Shown: piece after piece, positions 1 to 10,036 of the stretch
Layout: every line of letters begins with the position of its first letter
Position numbering within the stretch: position 1 is the first letter of the stretch
Assembly: GCA_043803345.1 (NCBI GenBank)
Contig: JAZDKD010000459.1
Coordinates: 1-27,679, forward strand
Source of the DNA: Pseudomonadota bacterium
Lineage (GTDB): Bacteria > Desulfobacterota > Desulfomonilia > Desulfomonilales > Desulfomonilaceae
Reading direction: 5' to 3'
DNA: 27,679 nucleotides
The notes under the pieces: model-generated
Told to the model about the DNA's origin: nothing
Seen by the model: only the letters and a program-made list of their open reading frames with translations
Databases searched by the model: none
Position numbers and translations under genes: made by a program

Positions 1-1
1 G

Positions 2-190
2 ATCAGCGCCGATGTTGTTCGCGGGAAAAGATTAACGTCTTACGTTGCGATCAAGGACGATCTGGTGAACGCAGGAGCCCTTTGGGAAGACTCTGAGTTG
101 GTGCGGGATGGCGCTCTAATCACATCCAGAAAACCAGAGGATTTACCTGCTTTTTGCCGGGCAATCATTCAAGGTTTGAGCAATTCATAA
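2..190 (+). CDS. pfpI: DJ-1/PfpI family protein (type 1 glutamine amidotransferase-like protease/deglycase), C-terminal part; truncated by the window start
   Basis: Hand translation from nt 2: ISADVVRGKRLTSYVAIKDDLVNAGALWEDSELVRDGALITSRKPEDLPAFCRAIIQGLSNS*. This matches the PfpI C-terminus (GxxxTS...DDLxNAGA.W.D...V.DG.LITSR.P.DL.AF). Not in the supplied ORF track. Confidence 0.9.
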   Translation: MSADVVRGKRLTSYVAIKDDLVNAGALWEDSELVRDGALITSRKPEDLPAFCRAIIQGLSNS

Positions 191-191
191 T

Positions 192-1538
192 ATGGATAAA
201 ATGCAACTATCATATATGGCAGTCCTCGAGGATGGCATAAAACCGACCAGCGTTGTCATCGACACTGGGAAAGGGACCATAGAGTCCGTAACCCCTGCTT
301 TATCCATAGAAAATGAATCTCTGATACTGTTTCCAGGTTTTATTGACATCCATGTACACGCCCGAGAATTTCCAAAACCGGACCCACGAAACAAAAGCCT
401 TTTTGAGAAATGGCAAACAATCTGTTTGAAGGAAACATTTGAAACCGCAGGAAGGGCGGCGATTAATGGGGGGGTTACATGTTTTGCCGCAATGCCCAAT
501 GATCCTGTTCCACCGGATAATGAACTACGATTCCGACAAAAATCCCTACTCACCAAGAATTCGCAATGTCCAGTGGTATTGTTCGCGTCTGTTACCCTGA
601 CATCTGAACCGTGGGAGAATTTGCCTTACAAGGTCTATCTTGACACTCATTCCAGCCAGTCAGGTTTTTCTTCCTGGTCAGACCTGGAAGAGGTCTTGAG
701 GCGTTACAGGGGGCAACGGGTTTTCTTTCACGCTGAAGATCCTCGTGTGTTGATCGACCACAACAGCTTTTCGGAACACTGGAAAAGAAGACCTCCTGAA
801 GCTGAAGTTAGCGCAGTCGAACGAATTCTCGAGTTAACCAACAAATTTGGTCTGGTATCTCACATATGTCATATCTCAACAAAATCCGCTGTAGAGGCTG
901 TAACTTCCTATAATAAACACTCGACCGTTAACGTTACAACCGAAGTTACGCCTCACCATTTATTCTTTAGCGTTGACGAAGGAGGTTATTCGGCTGACGG
1001 ACGAAGAATCAAAATTGACCCCTACATTCTCAACTGTAACCCGCCAATAAGATCTGAAGAGAACCGGCAGTACATGGTTGAGGCTCTTCGTTCGGGCGAG
1101 ATTCAAGTTCTAGCGTCGGACCACGCGCCACATCTACTGTCCGAGAAAATTACTGGAGCGCCTGGCATGCCTCATCTGGACACGCTTGGTCCATTTGTCG
1201 GTTGGCTGACTCATAACTGCGACTTCAACTATCAGCGCATCGCTCAGATCCTCTCCTCAGAACCCATCAGAATATTGTCACCGGCCCTTGCTTCTAATAT
1301 AGGTTCTATAAAAGAGGGGTTTAGAGCTTCTTTTACGCTTCTGGATTTGAACATGAAAACCATCATTCGTGAAAAAAATAATCCGACGGGCAATCTTGAT
1401 CTTTTCACCCGCTGCGGCTGGTCTCCATTTCAGAATATTTCTTTACCTGCCCATGTGATAAAAACCATTGTCGGTGGTGAATCCTTGGATCATTGTCTCA
1501 AGTTTGACCAAACCGATTCCTCTCCATGTTCTGACTGA
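192..1538 (+). CDS. pyrC: Dihydroorotase (amidohydrolase superfamily, long form)
   Basis: FPGFIDIHVHAR (HxH metal motif), AAINGGVT...MPN, FHAED, HICHIST, EVTPHHL, CNPPIR, SDHAPH; directly upstream of pyrB. Confidence 0.88.
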   Translation: MDKMQLSYMAVLEDGIKPTSVVIDTGKGTIESVTPALSIENESLILFPGFIDIHVHAREFPKPDPRNKSLFEKWQTICLKETFETAGRAAINGGVTCFAAMPNDPVPPDNELRFRQKSLLTKNSQCPVVLFASVTLTSEPWENLPYKVYLDTHSSQSGFSSWSDLEEVLRRYRGQRVFFHAEDPRVLIDHNSFSEHWKRRPPEAEVSAVERILELTNKFGLVSHICHISTKSAVEAVTSYNKHSTVNVTTEVTPHHLFFSVDEGGYSADGRRIKIDPYILNCNPPIRSEENRQYMVEALRSGEIQVLASDHAPHLLSEKITGAPGMPHLDTLGPFVGWLTHNCDFNYQRIAQILSSEPIRILSPALASNIGSIKEGFRASFTLLDLNMKTIIREKNNPTGNLDLFTRCGWSPFQNISLPAHVIKTIVGGESLDHCLKFDQTDSSPCSD

Positions 1539-1556
1539 CATTCCGGGGTTATTACA

Positions 1557-2495
1557 ATGATTTTCAAAGGACGCGACATCATCTCCATGAATGACTTGTC
1601 ACGCTATGAGATTGACTACATTCTGGGACGAGTTCCAGCAATCCAGAATCATCCCAACAAATCGGCTCTCTGCCGTGGCAAAGTCTCAGCAATGCTGTTT
1701 TTTGAACCATCTACCAGGACGCGTACATCCTTCGAAGTTGCCATGAGGAATTTGGGAGGCGAAATTGGGGGCTTTTATGACGCCAATATAACTTCGGCAG
1801 TTAAAGATGAGTCTCTCTGGGACACGGTCAAGATGCATGACGGTTACGGATTTGACGTTATGGTGATTCGACATCACCTGAAGGGGGCGGCCCGAGTTGC
1901 GGCGGAAGCAGCCGATTCACCGGTAATAAACGCGGGGGATGGACCTAACCAGCACCCAACTCAGACGTTACTCGACCTGTACTCCATCAAGGAGACACAG
2001 GGTCGCCTTGATGGACTTTGCGTGGCTATGGTTGGGGATCTTGTTAATGGCAGGACAGTTCATTCGCTTACTGAAGCGCTATTGAAATATCAGGATTGTC
2101 GTCTTATTTTCATTTCCCCGAGGGACCTCGCCATGCCGCGCTCTTTGGTTGACAAATGTTCCCGAGCCGCTGGCAAGAGAGGTATTTCCTTCGTAGAGGC
2201 AAGTCGCATAGAAGACCATATTCCGGATGTGGACATTCTATACATGACAAGAATACAAATGGAACGCCTTCAGGAGAGGGCTCTCGCAGAGAAGTTCAGA
2301 AGTATTTACCGACTGGAAGCGGGAATGCTGGACAAAGTTAAACCAACAATGAAAATAATGCATCCATTACCTAGAGTTACTGAGATTGCCCAGGATGTCG
2401 ATGAAACACCTTACGCTTATTACTTTCAACAGGCGAGGAATGGACTTTTGGTTAGGGAAACACTCCTTGCCCTGATTCTTGGAGCCATAACATGA
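1557..2495 (+). CDS. pyrB: Aspartate carbamoyltransferase catalytic subunit
   Basis: FFEPSTRTRTSF carbamoyl-phosphate motif, INAGDG..QHPTQTLLD, GDL.NGRTVHSL, MHPLPR. Confidence 0.97.
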   Translation: MIFKGRDIISMNDLSRYEIDYILGRVPAIQNHPNKSALCRGKVSAMLFFEPSTRTRTSFEVAMRNLGGEIGGFYDANITSAVKDESLWDTVKMHDGYGFDVMVIRHHLKGAARVAAEAADSPVINAGDGPNQHPTQTLLDLYSIKETQGRLDGLCVAMVGDLVNGRTVHSLTEALLKYQDCRLIFISPRDLAMPRSLVDKCSRAAGKRGISFVEASRIEDHIPDVDILYMTRIQMERLQERALAEKFRSIYRLEAGMLDKVKPTMKIMHPLPRVTEIAQDVDETPYAYYFQQARNGLLVRETLLALILGAIT

Positions 2496-2968
2496 AATAC
2501 CGCCCAATAACTATTGCGAAGATTGAATCTGGAATAGTCATAGATCATATACCGGCGGGAAAGGCACTTCTAATTTCACAGGTGTTGGGTCTTAACGCAC
2601 TGGCCAGAAAGACCGGGGACATCATTGCAATCGGCATAAATTTTGATTCCAATTCGCTCGAGAAAAAAGACATCATTAAAGTGGAGAATCTCAGCCTGAC
2701 TCGTAACATGCTGAACGTGGTGGCGTTAATCGCTCCAATGGCTACAATTTCCAGGATTGAAGACGGCAGTGTAACAGAAAAGCACAAAGTTGATGTTCCA
2801 GATAATGTAGGGGATGTTGTGGTTTGCCCGGATCGTTTCTGCATCACAAATTACGAACAGGTTCCTTGCAAATTTTTTGTAGTTGACAAAAACCGGCTAA
2901 CTTTAAGATGCCACTATTGCGAAACTGAGTTTTTCGGACCTCTCATAAAATATAAGGAAAGGAACTAA
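2492..2968 (+). CDS. pyrI: Aspartate carbamoyltransferase regulatory subunit
   Basis: KIESGIVIDHIPAG N-terminus, KKDIIKVEN, Zn ligands CPDRFC and CHYC; 4-bp overlap with the pyrB stop. Confidence 0.95.
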   Translation: MKYRPITIAKIESGIVIDHIPAGKALLISQVLGLNALARKTGDIIAIGINFDSNSLEKKDIIKVENLSLTRNMLNVVALIAPMATISRIEDGSVTEKHKVDVPDNVGDVVVCPDRFCITNYEQVPCKFFVVDKNRLTLRCHYCETEFFGPLIKYKERN

Positions 2969-2983
2969 TATTGCCGATTCAAC

Positions 2984-3014
2984 AAAAAAAGCGGCCAGAG
3001 TTTCTGGCCGCTTT
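2984..3014 (-). terminator. Rho-independent terminator of groESL, possibly bidirectional with the pyr operon
   Basis: GCGGCCAGA-gtt-TCTGGCCGC stem (2991-3011) flanked by A7 (2984-2990; U-tract on the minus strand) and TTT on the plus side; lies between convergent pyrI and groEL. Confidence 0.85.
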
Positions 3015-3043
3015 CCAACTTATCAATTAACACATGAAGCGTA

Positions 3044-4708
<1,665 letters not shown>

Positions 4709-4747
4709 TTAGCTAACGTGAAAATGGTTGGATTTCTTATTAATTTA

Positions 4748-5038
4748 TTAGGCTTCTACCAGACCTAGAATATCGTCTTCACGCATGATGAGGTATTCAA
4801 CACCGTCAACTTTTATTTCCGATCCGGAATACTTTCCAAAGAGGATTGTGTCGCCTTCTTTTAGTTCCAGAGGAATTACCTTACCATCCTCAGTTTTCTT
4901 GCCCTTACCAACTGCAATGATTTTACCCTGCTGTGGTTTTTCCTTAGCCGTGTCGGGCAGTATAATGCCGCCTTTTGTTACTTCCTCTGATTCGACCCTC
5001 TCAACGAGGACCCGATCATAAAGAGGACGAAATTTCAT
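4748..5038 (-). CDS. groES: Co-chaperonin GroES (Cpn10)
   Basis: [12 protein letters not shown]...[18 protein letters not shown]; RBS GGAGG upstream on the minus strand. Confidence 0.99.
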   Translation of the reverse strand: MKFRPLYDRVLVERVESEEVTKGGIILPDTAKEKPQQGKIIAVGKGKKTEDGKVIPLELKEGDTILFGKYSGSEIKVDGVEYLIMREDDILGLVEA

Positions 5039-5086
5039 GATTACCTCCGATTTTTTTTGAGTTATAGTAAGAGCGCCAGACGCTTG

Positions 5087-5113
5087 TTAGCACTCAATGT
5101 ATATGAGTGCCAA
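5087..5113. promoter_or_regulatory. CIRCE element (HrcA operator) upstream of groES
   Basis: TTAGCACTC-aatgtatat-GAGTGCCAA matches TTAGCACTC-N9-GAGTGCTAA with 1 mismatch; a TTGACA hexamer lies just upstream on the minus strand (5127-5132). Confidence 0.92.
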
Positions 5114-5256
5114 TTGTGGTTCAGTTTGTCAACCCCTCTTCGGAATAAAATTGTTTGCTGCGATTTTTTTGACTATCCACAAATCCGACGATGATCGGAA
5201 GAACTAGTCTGGAAAATTGTTTCGGAACTTGTAGACCTTCCCAAAGGACCTTACAT

Positions 5257-5703
5257 ATGAAAAAACAACTAATCTGTCCTAATTGTGGCTCTATCATATC
5301 AGTTTTCAGGAATCCTCTTCCGACTGTGGATATAATCATTAAGGTTGAAGGGGGCGTTGTTCTCGTCCGTAGGAAAAATCCTCCGTATGGATGGGCTCTG
5401 CCCGGTGGATTCATTGATTACGGTGAGTCGGCGGAAGACGCGGCGATAAGAGAGGCCAAAGAGGAAACATCTCTCGAGATATCCGATCCTAAATTGTTGT
5501 CCGTTTATTCAGCTCCAAACCGTGACCCGCGGTATCACACTATTTCAACCGTATTTGTTGCGACTGGTAAAGGAATTCCCCGCGCCGGCGACGACGCGGC
5601 TCAAATTCAGGTATTCGGCCAAAACAATTTTCCCGCTGACTTGGCGTTCGACCATAACAAAATTCTTGACGATTTTCTTAAGACGCAAAAAACCGACGCA
5701 TAA
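5257..5703 (+). CDS. Nudix hydrolase (ADP-ribose pyrophosphatase-like)
   Basis: Nudix box GGFIDYGESAEDAAIREAKEETSL and N-terminal CPNCG. Start moved from 5191 to ATG 5257, which follows AAGGA. Confidence 0.9.
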   Translation: MKKQLICPNCGSIISVFRNPLPTVDIIIKVEGGVVLVRRKNPPYGWALPGGFIDYGESAEDAAIREAKEETSLEISDPKLLSVYSAPNRDPRYHTISTVFVATGKGIPRAGDDAAQIQVFGQNNFPADLAFDHNKILDDFLKTQKTDA

Positions 5704-5748
5704 AACTTATCGTTGGTTTTGACCGAGGCCTTTTTGGCAAATCCCGAG

Positions 5749-5777
5749 TTGCAACCGTAGACATTACTGTTTACTAT
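5749..5777 (+). promoter_or_regulatory. Putative sigma-70 promoter of ahbC
   Basis: TTGCAA (5749-5754) - 17 nt - TACTAT (5772-5777), followed by the AGGAG RBS of the 5807 ORF. Confidence 0.5.
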
Positions 5778-5806
5778 CAGGGTAGCTTTTTCTCAGGAGT
5801 CATTTA

Positions 5807-7000
5807 ATGATTGGCGTATCAAAACTCTATTGTGGGGCAGTGGAAGCGTCAGATCCTTTACGTTATGGACGAATGTCCAAAGACTTGCCATCACATCTCC
5901 TTCAATTTTCTCAAGACAAGAAGCCGGTGGTTGTATGGAACGTAACCCAACGCTGCAACCTCAGGTGCGTCCACTGTTACTCACGATCAGAGGACAAATC
6001 TTACCAACATGAACTATCAACTGATGAAGGCTTCAAACTTATTGATGATCTAGCCTCGTTTGGTTCGCCTGTAATATTGTTTTCCGGAGGCGAGCCTCTG
6101 ATAAGACCCGATATTCTGACACTGATTCGTCATGCCACAAAATCCGGCATGCGGGCAGTACTGTCGACAAACGGCACATTGATAGACGAGAGGATGTCCT
6201 TGGCTCTCAAAGACATCGGTCTGTCATATGTGGGGATCAGTCTGGACGGCCTTGAGAAGGTTCATGATTCTTTCAGAGGCGTTAAAGGGACTTTCGAAAA
6301 AGTATTGAGGGCAATAAACCATTGCAAGTCCGCAGGGTTGAAGGTAGGGCTCAGATTCACCATCAACAAAAGAAACTTCCAGGAGATAAACGGGATATTT
6401 GACTTGGTGGAAGAACACAATATACCGCGTATCTGCTTCTATCATCTTGTCTACGCCGGCAGGGGAGCAGACCTGATGAATGAAGATTTGGACCACAATC
6501 AAACGAGAGAGGTGGTGAATCTCATAATGGACAGAACGTTGGACCTCCACAAAAAAGGCCTTGCCGTCGAGACACTGACTGTGGATAACCATGCCGACGG
6601 CCCATACATCTATTTGAGGCTGCTTCGCGAAAACCCGGACAGAGCGAAACAGGTAATCGAGCTTCTCAAAATGAACGAAGGAAATAATTCCGGAAGAGGC
6701 ATAGGCTGTGTGTCATGGGATGGGGCGGTTCATGCCGACCAGTTTTGGAGACACCTCAGTTTTGGAAATGTCCGTAATAAGCCATTCAGTGAGATATGGA
6801 CAGACCCCAATGATGAATTTCTTCAAAAACTCAAGGACAAGAAACATTTCGTTACTGGACGTTGCGCCGCATGCCGATGGCTGGATATCTGCGGCGGCAA
6901 TTTCAGAGTTAGGGCCGAGGCGGCTTATAGTGACATTTGGGCTCCGGATCCGGCCTGCTATCTGACTGACACAGAAATAGCCCTAGACGAAACGTCCTGA
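5807..7000 (+). CDS. ahbC: Radical SAM/SPASM protein, 12,18-didecarboxysiroheme deacetylase (Fe-coproporphyrin III synthase, NirJ1-like) of the alternative heme pathway
   Basis: N-terminus MIGVSKLYCG...LRYGR...HLLQFS.DKKPVVVWN.T..CNLRCVHCY typical of AhbC; SPASM region GIGCVSWDG.VHADQFW...C..CRWLDICGGNFRVRA...DPACYL. Confidence 0.88.
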   Translation: MIGVSKLYCGAVEASDPLRYGRMSKDLPSHLLQFSQDKKPVVVWNVTQRCNLRCVHCYSRSEDKSYQHELSTDEGFKLIDDLASFGSPVILFSGGEPLIRPDILTLIRHATKSGMRAVLSTNGTLIDERMSLALKDIGLSYVGISLDGLEKVHDSFRGVKGTFEKVLRAINHCKSAGLKVGLRFTINKRNFQEINGIFDLVEEHNIPRICFYHLVYAGRGADLMNEDLDHNQTREVVNLIMDRTLDLHKKGLAVETLTVDNHADGPYIYLRLLRENPDRAKQVIELLKMNEGNNSGRGIGCVSWDGAVHADQFWRHLSFGNVRNKPFSEIWTDPNDEFLQKLKDKKHFVTGRCAACRWLDICGGNFRVRAEAAYSDIWAPDPACYLTDTEIALDETS

Positions 7001-7069
7001 GTTGAATTTACAGACATAGCGCCTGATAACTGATGACATCATGGATCGTACAAGGAAGGATTGTGGTTC

Positions 7070-7831
7070 ATGTTTTTTGGAGGACACGTCCGGAACGTTG
7101 ACGACGCAGTATTTTTGAGAGAGTCGGGATTCACTTTCGGCGAAGTGGTTCTGAAGGATAAGGAAGCTCGAGAATATTGGCGGGATATTGACACTGAGCC
7201 ATTTGCAAGCGCGGATTTCTCGCTGATAGCCCACGGACCTCATGAAGGAGACCCCAATAGTCTCGAAAATCTTCTGCAAAACTATGGGCCAGCGCTTGTA
7301 GAAACCATAGACTCGGCGTTTCAACTTGGGGCGTCCTTTTTAACTGTACATCTTTGGATGGATTCCCGATACGTCAAAGCCCCGCAGATTATCGAGAAAA
7401 AAGCGCTTCTAAAAGACTTGTTCTGCTACGCGGCAGAAAAACACGTCGTTTTGAGTCTGGAAAATCTGTCTGAATCCGCTTCAGATTTGGCGTTAGCCCT
7501 TGAGGAAATCCCTGAACCCTCTATTACGCTCGACATAGGTCACGGCCAGTTGTTAACCGAGATTAACAGATCTTTCGAGATCATAAACCGGCTTGGCGCC
7601 AAAATTCATCACGTTCATGCGCACGACAATTCTGGTGGTTCAGGAGTTAAAGATGATCTGCATTTACCAATCGGAGATGGTATTGTAGACTTTAGGGGTA
7701 TAATCAGGGCGCTGCTGATGTCTGGATACGACAATACTATTACACTGGAACTAAAACGGCACGAGCTGTTGTTGTCAAGGGAACGGCTAGAGAGGATCTT
7801 TCGAAACGCACGTAAGGACATTGGGTTATGA
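7070..7831 (+). CDS. Sugar phosphate isomerase/epimerase-like TIM-barrel metalloprotein (AP endonuclease family 2)
   Basis: LSLENL, TLDIGH, HVHAHDN..., DLHLPIGDG.VDF, ITLE metal-ligand pattern. ATG 7070 follows AAGGAAGGA; the track start of 7061 is a TTG. Confidence 0.78.
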   Translation: MFFGGHVRNVDDAVFLRESGFTFGEVVLKDKEAREYWRDIDTEPFASADFSLIAHGPHEGDPNSLENLLQNYGPALVETIDSAFQLGASFLTVHLWMDSRYVKAPQIIEKKALLKDLFCYAAEKHVVLSLENLSESASDLALALEEIPEPSITLDIGHGQLLTEINRSFEIINRLGAKIHHVHAHDNSGGSGVKDDLHLPIGDGIVDFRGIIRALLMSGYDNTITLELKRHELLLSRERLERIFRNARKDIGL

Positions 7832-7880
7832 AGCGCCATAGCCTATGTTGTTCAGAAAATACCCATGAAAGAGGGATAAA

Positions 7881-8414
7881 ATGAAGACCAAAAAAAATTT
7901 CAAAGAAATGGTCATATCAAGTATCGCCTCAGATTCCAGGAATATGCAGCCTGTCGTTGTTCTACGTGAAAAGAGTGGTGACAGGGAACTATATATCTGG
8001 ATTGGACCCGTTGAAGCCATGGCCTTGCAGCGCGCAATCTCAAAAGATGTCTTTCAACGACCGCTTACTCATGAGCTACTTAGAAACATCATCGATAAAA
8101 CCGGTTCGCATCTTGAACACATTGAAATCGATGACCTGAAGGAACATACATATTACGCCACCATATACATTAAAACGGCCGATTCTAAATTGGTGACTGT
8201 AGACGCCCGACCCTCGGATTCGCTGGTTCTGGCTACCTGGGCCGGGGTTCCAATATTCGTTAACGAAGATGTCATTCAGGGCATGACTCAGTCTGCGCAA
8301 TCCGACGAACCAAAATCCAAGGTTGTGCTTACACCGGAAGATGTGGAACGGACCGATGAGGAACTAACAAAGATACTCGAACGAATGGACCCGGAAGACC
8401 TTGGCAACGCTTGA
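7881..8414 (+). CDS. Bifunctional nuclease (DNase/RNase, DUF151) family protein
   Basis: PVVVLRE...LYIWIGPVEA.A...RPLTHELL, DARPSDSLVLA...PIFV motifs. Confidence 0.9.
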   Translation: MKTKKNFKEMVISSIASDSRNMQPVVVLREKSGDRELYIWIGPVEAMALQRAISKDVFQRPLTHELLRNIIDKTGSHLEHIEIDDLKEHTYYATIYIKTADSKLVTVDARPSDSLVLATWAGVPIFVNEDVIQGMTQSAQSDEPKSKVVLTPEDVERTDEELTKILERMDPEDLGNA

Positions 8415-8558
8415 GCCAAAATAATGTCCGGATTGAATGCCGGCAACAGCATTTGCTTAATTTGACTCAGCCTCGACAGTTCTTCTAACTTCTGCCCAGA
8501 TGGATTAAAAGAAATACCCTAACACATCCAGCCACATCTCAAGTTCAATAAAGAAGCC

Positions 8559-10013
8559 ATGAAATCAAGAAATACCGACAAGATCAGTAAATGGCCCAAA
8601 ACTTCAAGCGGAGGGCCTTTCAGGCTTCTGAAATACTTCATTATTTCTGGTTTTGCAGTAATAACGGTGGTGACGCTTGCACTCGGGACATTCCTTTACA
8701 CCCGCAGCGTGGAAACTTTGTTAAAGGGCGCTGAGAATTATGCCCGTCTTTTGGCCGAGAATCTGAATTACAACATTTTTGTAGGTTTTTACGCTCCCTT
8801 AAAGGCTCGCGGACAACCCATGGACCTCAGGAAATGGGATCAGTTTGGAGCTCTTGACTCATTGATAAAGGATTTTACATACGGATTGCGGATCAACCGA
8901 ATCAAAATAATCGATAGGAATCGTAAAATCGTCTACAGCACTGATTACGATCTAATAGGAAAATATGAGCGTGACAATCCAGCGGTTGACGAAGCTCTTT
9001 CCAATGGAAAAGATCAAACCAAAATTAGGCGGGGTGACCGATCGGCCACCAACTGGTATGGCGTATGGCTTGCCGACACATACTACCCACTCCGTGAAGG
9101 AACAGGCAATTATTGGATGTTGGGGGCCATCTACGGAGTCATACAGATAACTCAGGATGTCACTGATCAATATGTAAATGTTCAGCGTTATGTAATAATA
9201 ATTCTTTTGGTCGCAACCGGCTTGATGGCTTTTCTTTTCGTCATGCTTACACTGATAGTGCGTCGTGGCGAGAGGATACTTTTGGATAAGGCAGCGGAAC
9301 AGAAGCAGCTTGAAGAAAAACTTCAGCAGTCTGAGAAGCTTGCGTCCATCGGGCAAATGCTGGCGACGATAGCTCACGAAATCAGAAATCCGCTGGGGAT
9401 TATAAGATCTTCAGCAGAGGTCTTGGCCAGCAAATCCAATCCGGACATTTCGAAGATCAAGAGATTCACCAGCATCATTCTTGAGGAAGCGACGCGTCTT
9501 AGCCTCATTCTGACAGATTTCCTAGATTTTGCTAGACCCAAAGCTCCGGCCTCAAATCCGGTTGATTTAACCAACGTTGTGACCCGTGTTAAAAACATAC
9601 TGGAGTATGAAATTATCTCGAAGAATATCTCTTGGTCAGATGAAGTGGATGAATCCGATTACGACACAGTCATTCTCGGTGACTCAGATTTGCTTTACCA
9701 GGCTTTCCTGAATATAACCATGAATGCTTTCGAATCTATGGATAGTGGGGGATCTTTCCGGGTTCACATCAAATGCGATAAGACGACTATCAAGATCCGT
9801 TTCTCAGATAATGGTCGAGGGATAAAAGAAGCGGATCTCAACAAAATCTTTACGCCGTTTTTTACAACCAGTCAGATGGGAACAGGCCTGGGACTGGCGG
9901 TGGTTCATAACATTGTTTCAGCCCATGATGGAGAGATTTCCGTATCAAGCAAAGAAGGCGAAGGAGCGACTATTGAGATCATTCTTCCCAGACATGGCTC
10001 CGTAAAAGAATAG
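8559..10013 (+). CDS. Membrane-bound sensor histidine kinase (two TM helices, extracytoplasmic sensor domain, HisKA + HATPase)
   Basis: TM segments YFIISGFAVITVVTLALGTFLY and YVIIILLVATGLMAFLFVMLTLIV; H-box IAHEIRNPLG; N-box NITMNAFES; DNGRGI; IFTPFFTT; GTGLGL. Confidence 0.93.
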   Translation: MKSRNTDKISKWPKTSSGGPFRLLKYFIISGFAVITVVTLALGTFLYTRSVETLLKGAENYARLLAENLNYNIFVGFYAPLKARGQPMDLRKWDQFGALDSLIKDFTYGLRINRIKIIDRNRKIVYSTDYDLIGKYERDNPAVDEALSNGKDQTKIRRGDRSATNWYGVWLADTYYPLREGTGNYWMLGAIYGVIQITQDVTDQYVNVQRYVIIILLVATGLMAFLFVMLTLIVRRGERILLDKAAEQKQLEEKLQQSEKLASIGQMLATIAHEIRNPLGIIRSSAEVLASKSNPDISKIKRFTSIILEEATRLSLILTDFLDFARPKAPASNPVDLTNVVTRVKNILEYEIISKNISWSDEVDESDYDTVILGDSDLLYQAFLNITMNAFESMDSGGSFRVHIKCDKTTIKIRFSDNGRGIKEADLNKIFTPFFTTSQMGTGLGLAVVHNIVSAHDGEISVSSKEGEGATIEIILPRHGSVKE

Positions 10014-10036
10014 ACGCTCACCCGATAGGTAAAAAT

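Noticed and set aside
8441-8457. Sigma-54-like promoter CGGCAACAGCATTTGCT upstream of the sensor kinase
   Set aside because: GG-to-GC spacing is 11 nt; sigma-54 requires exactly 10
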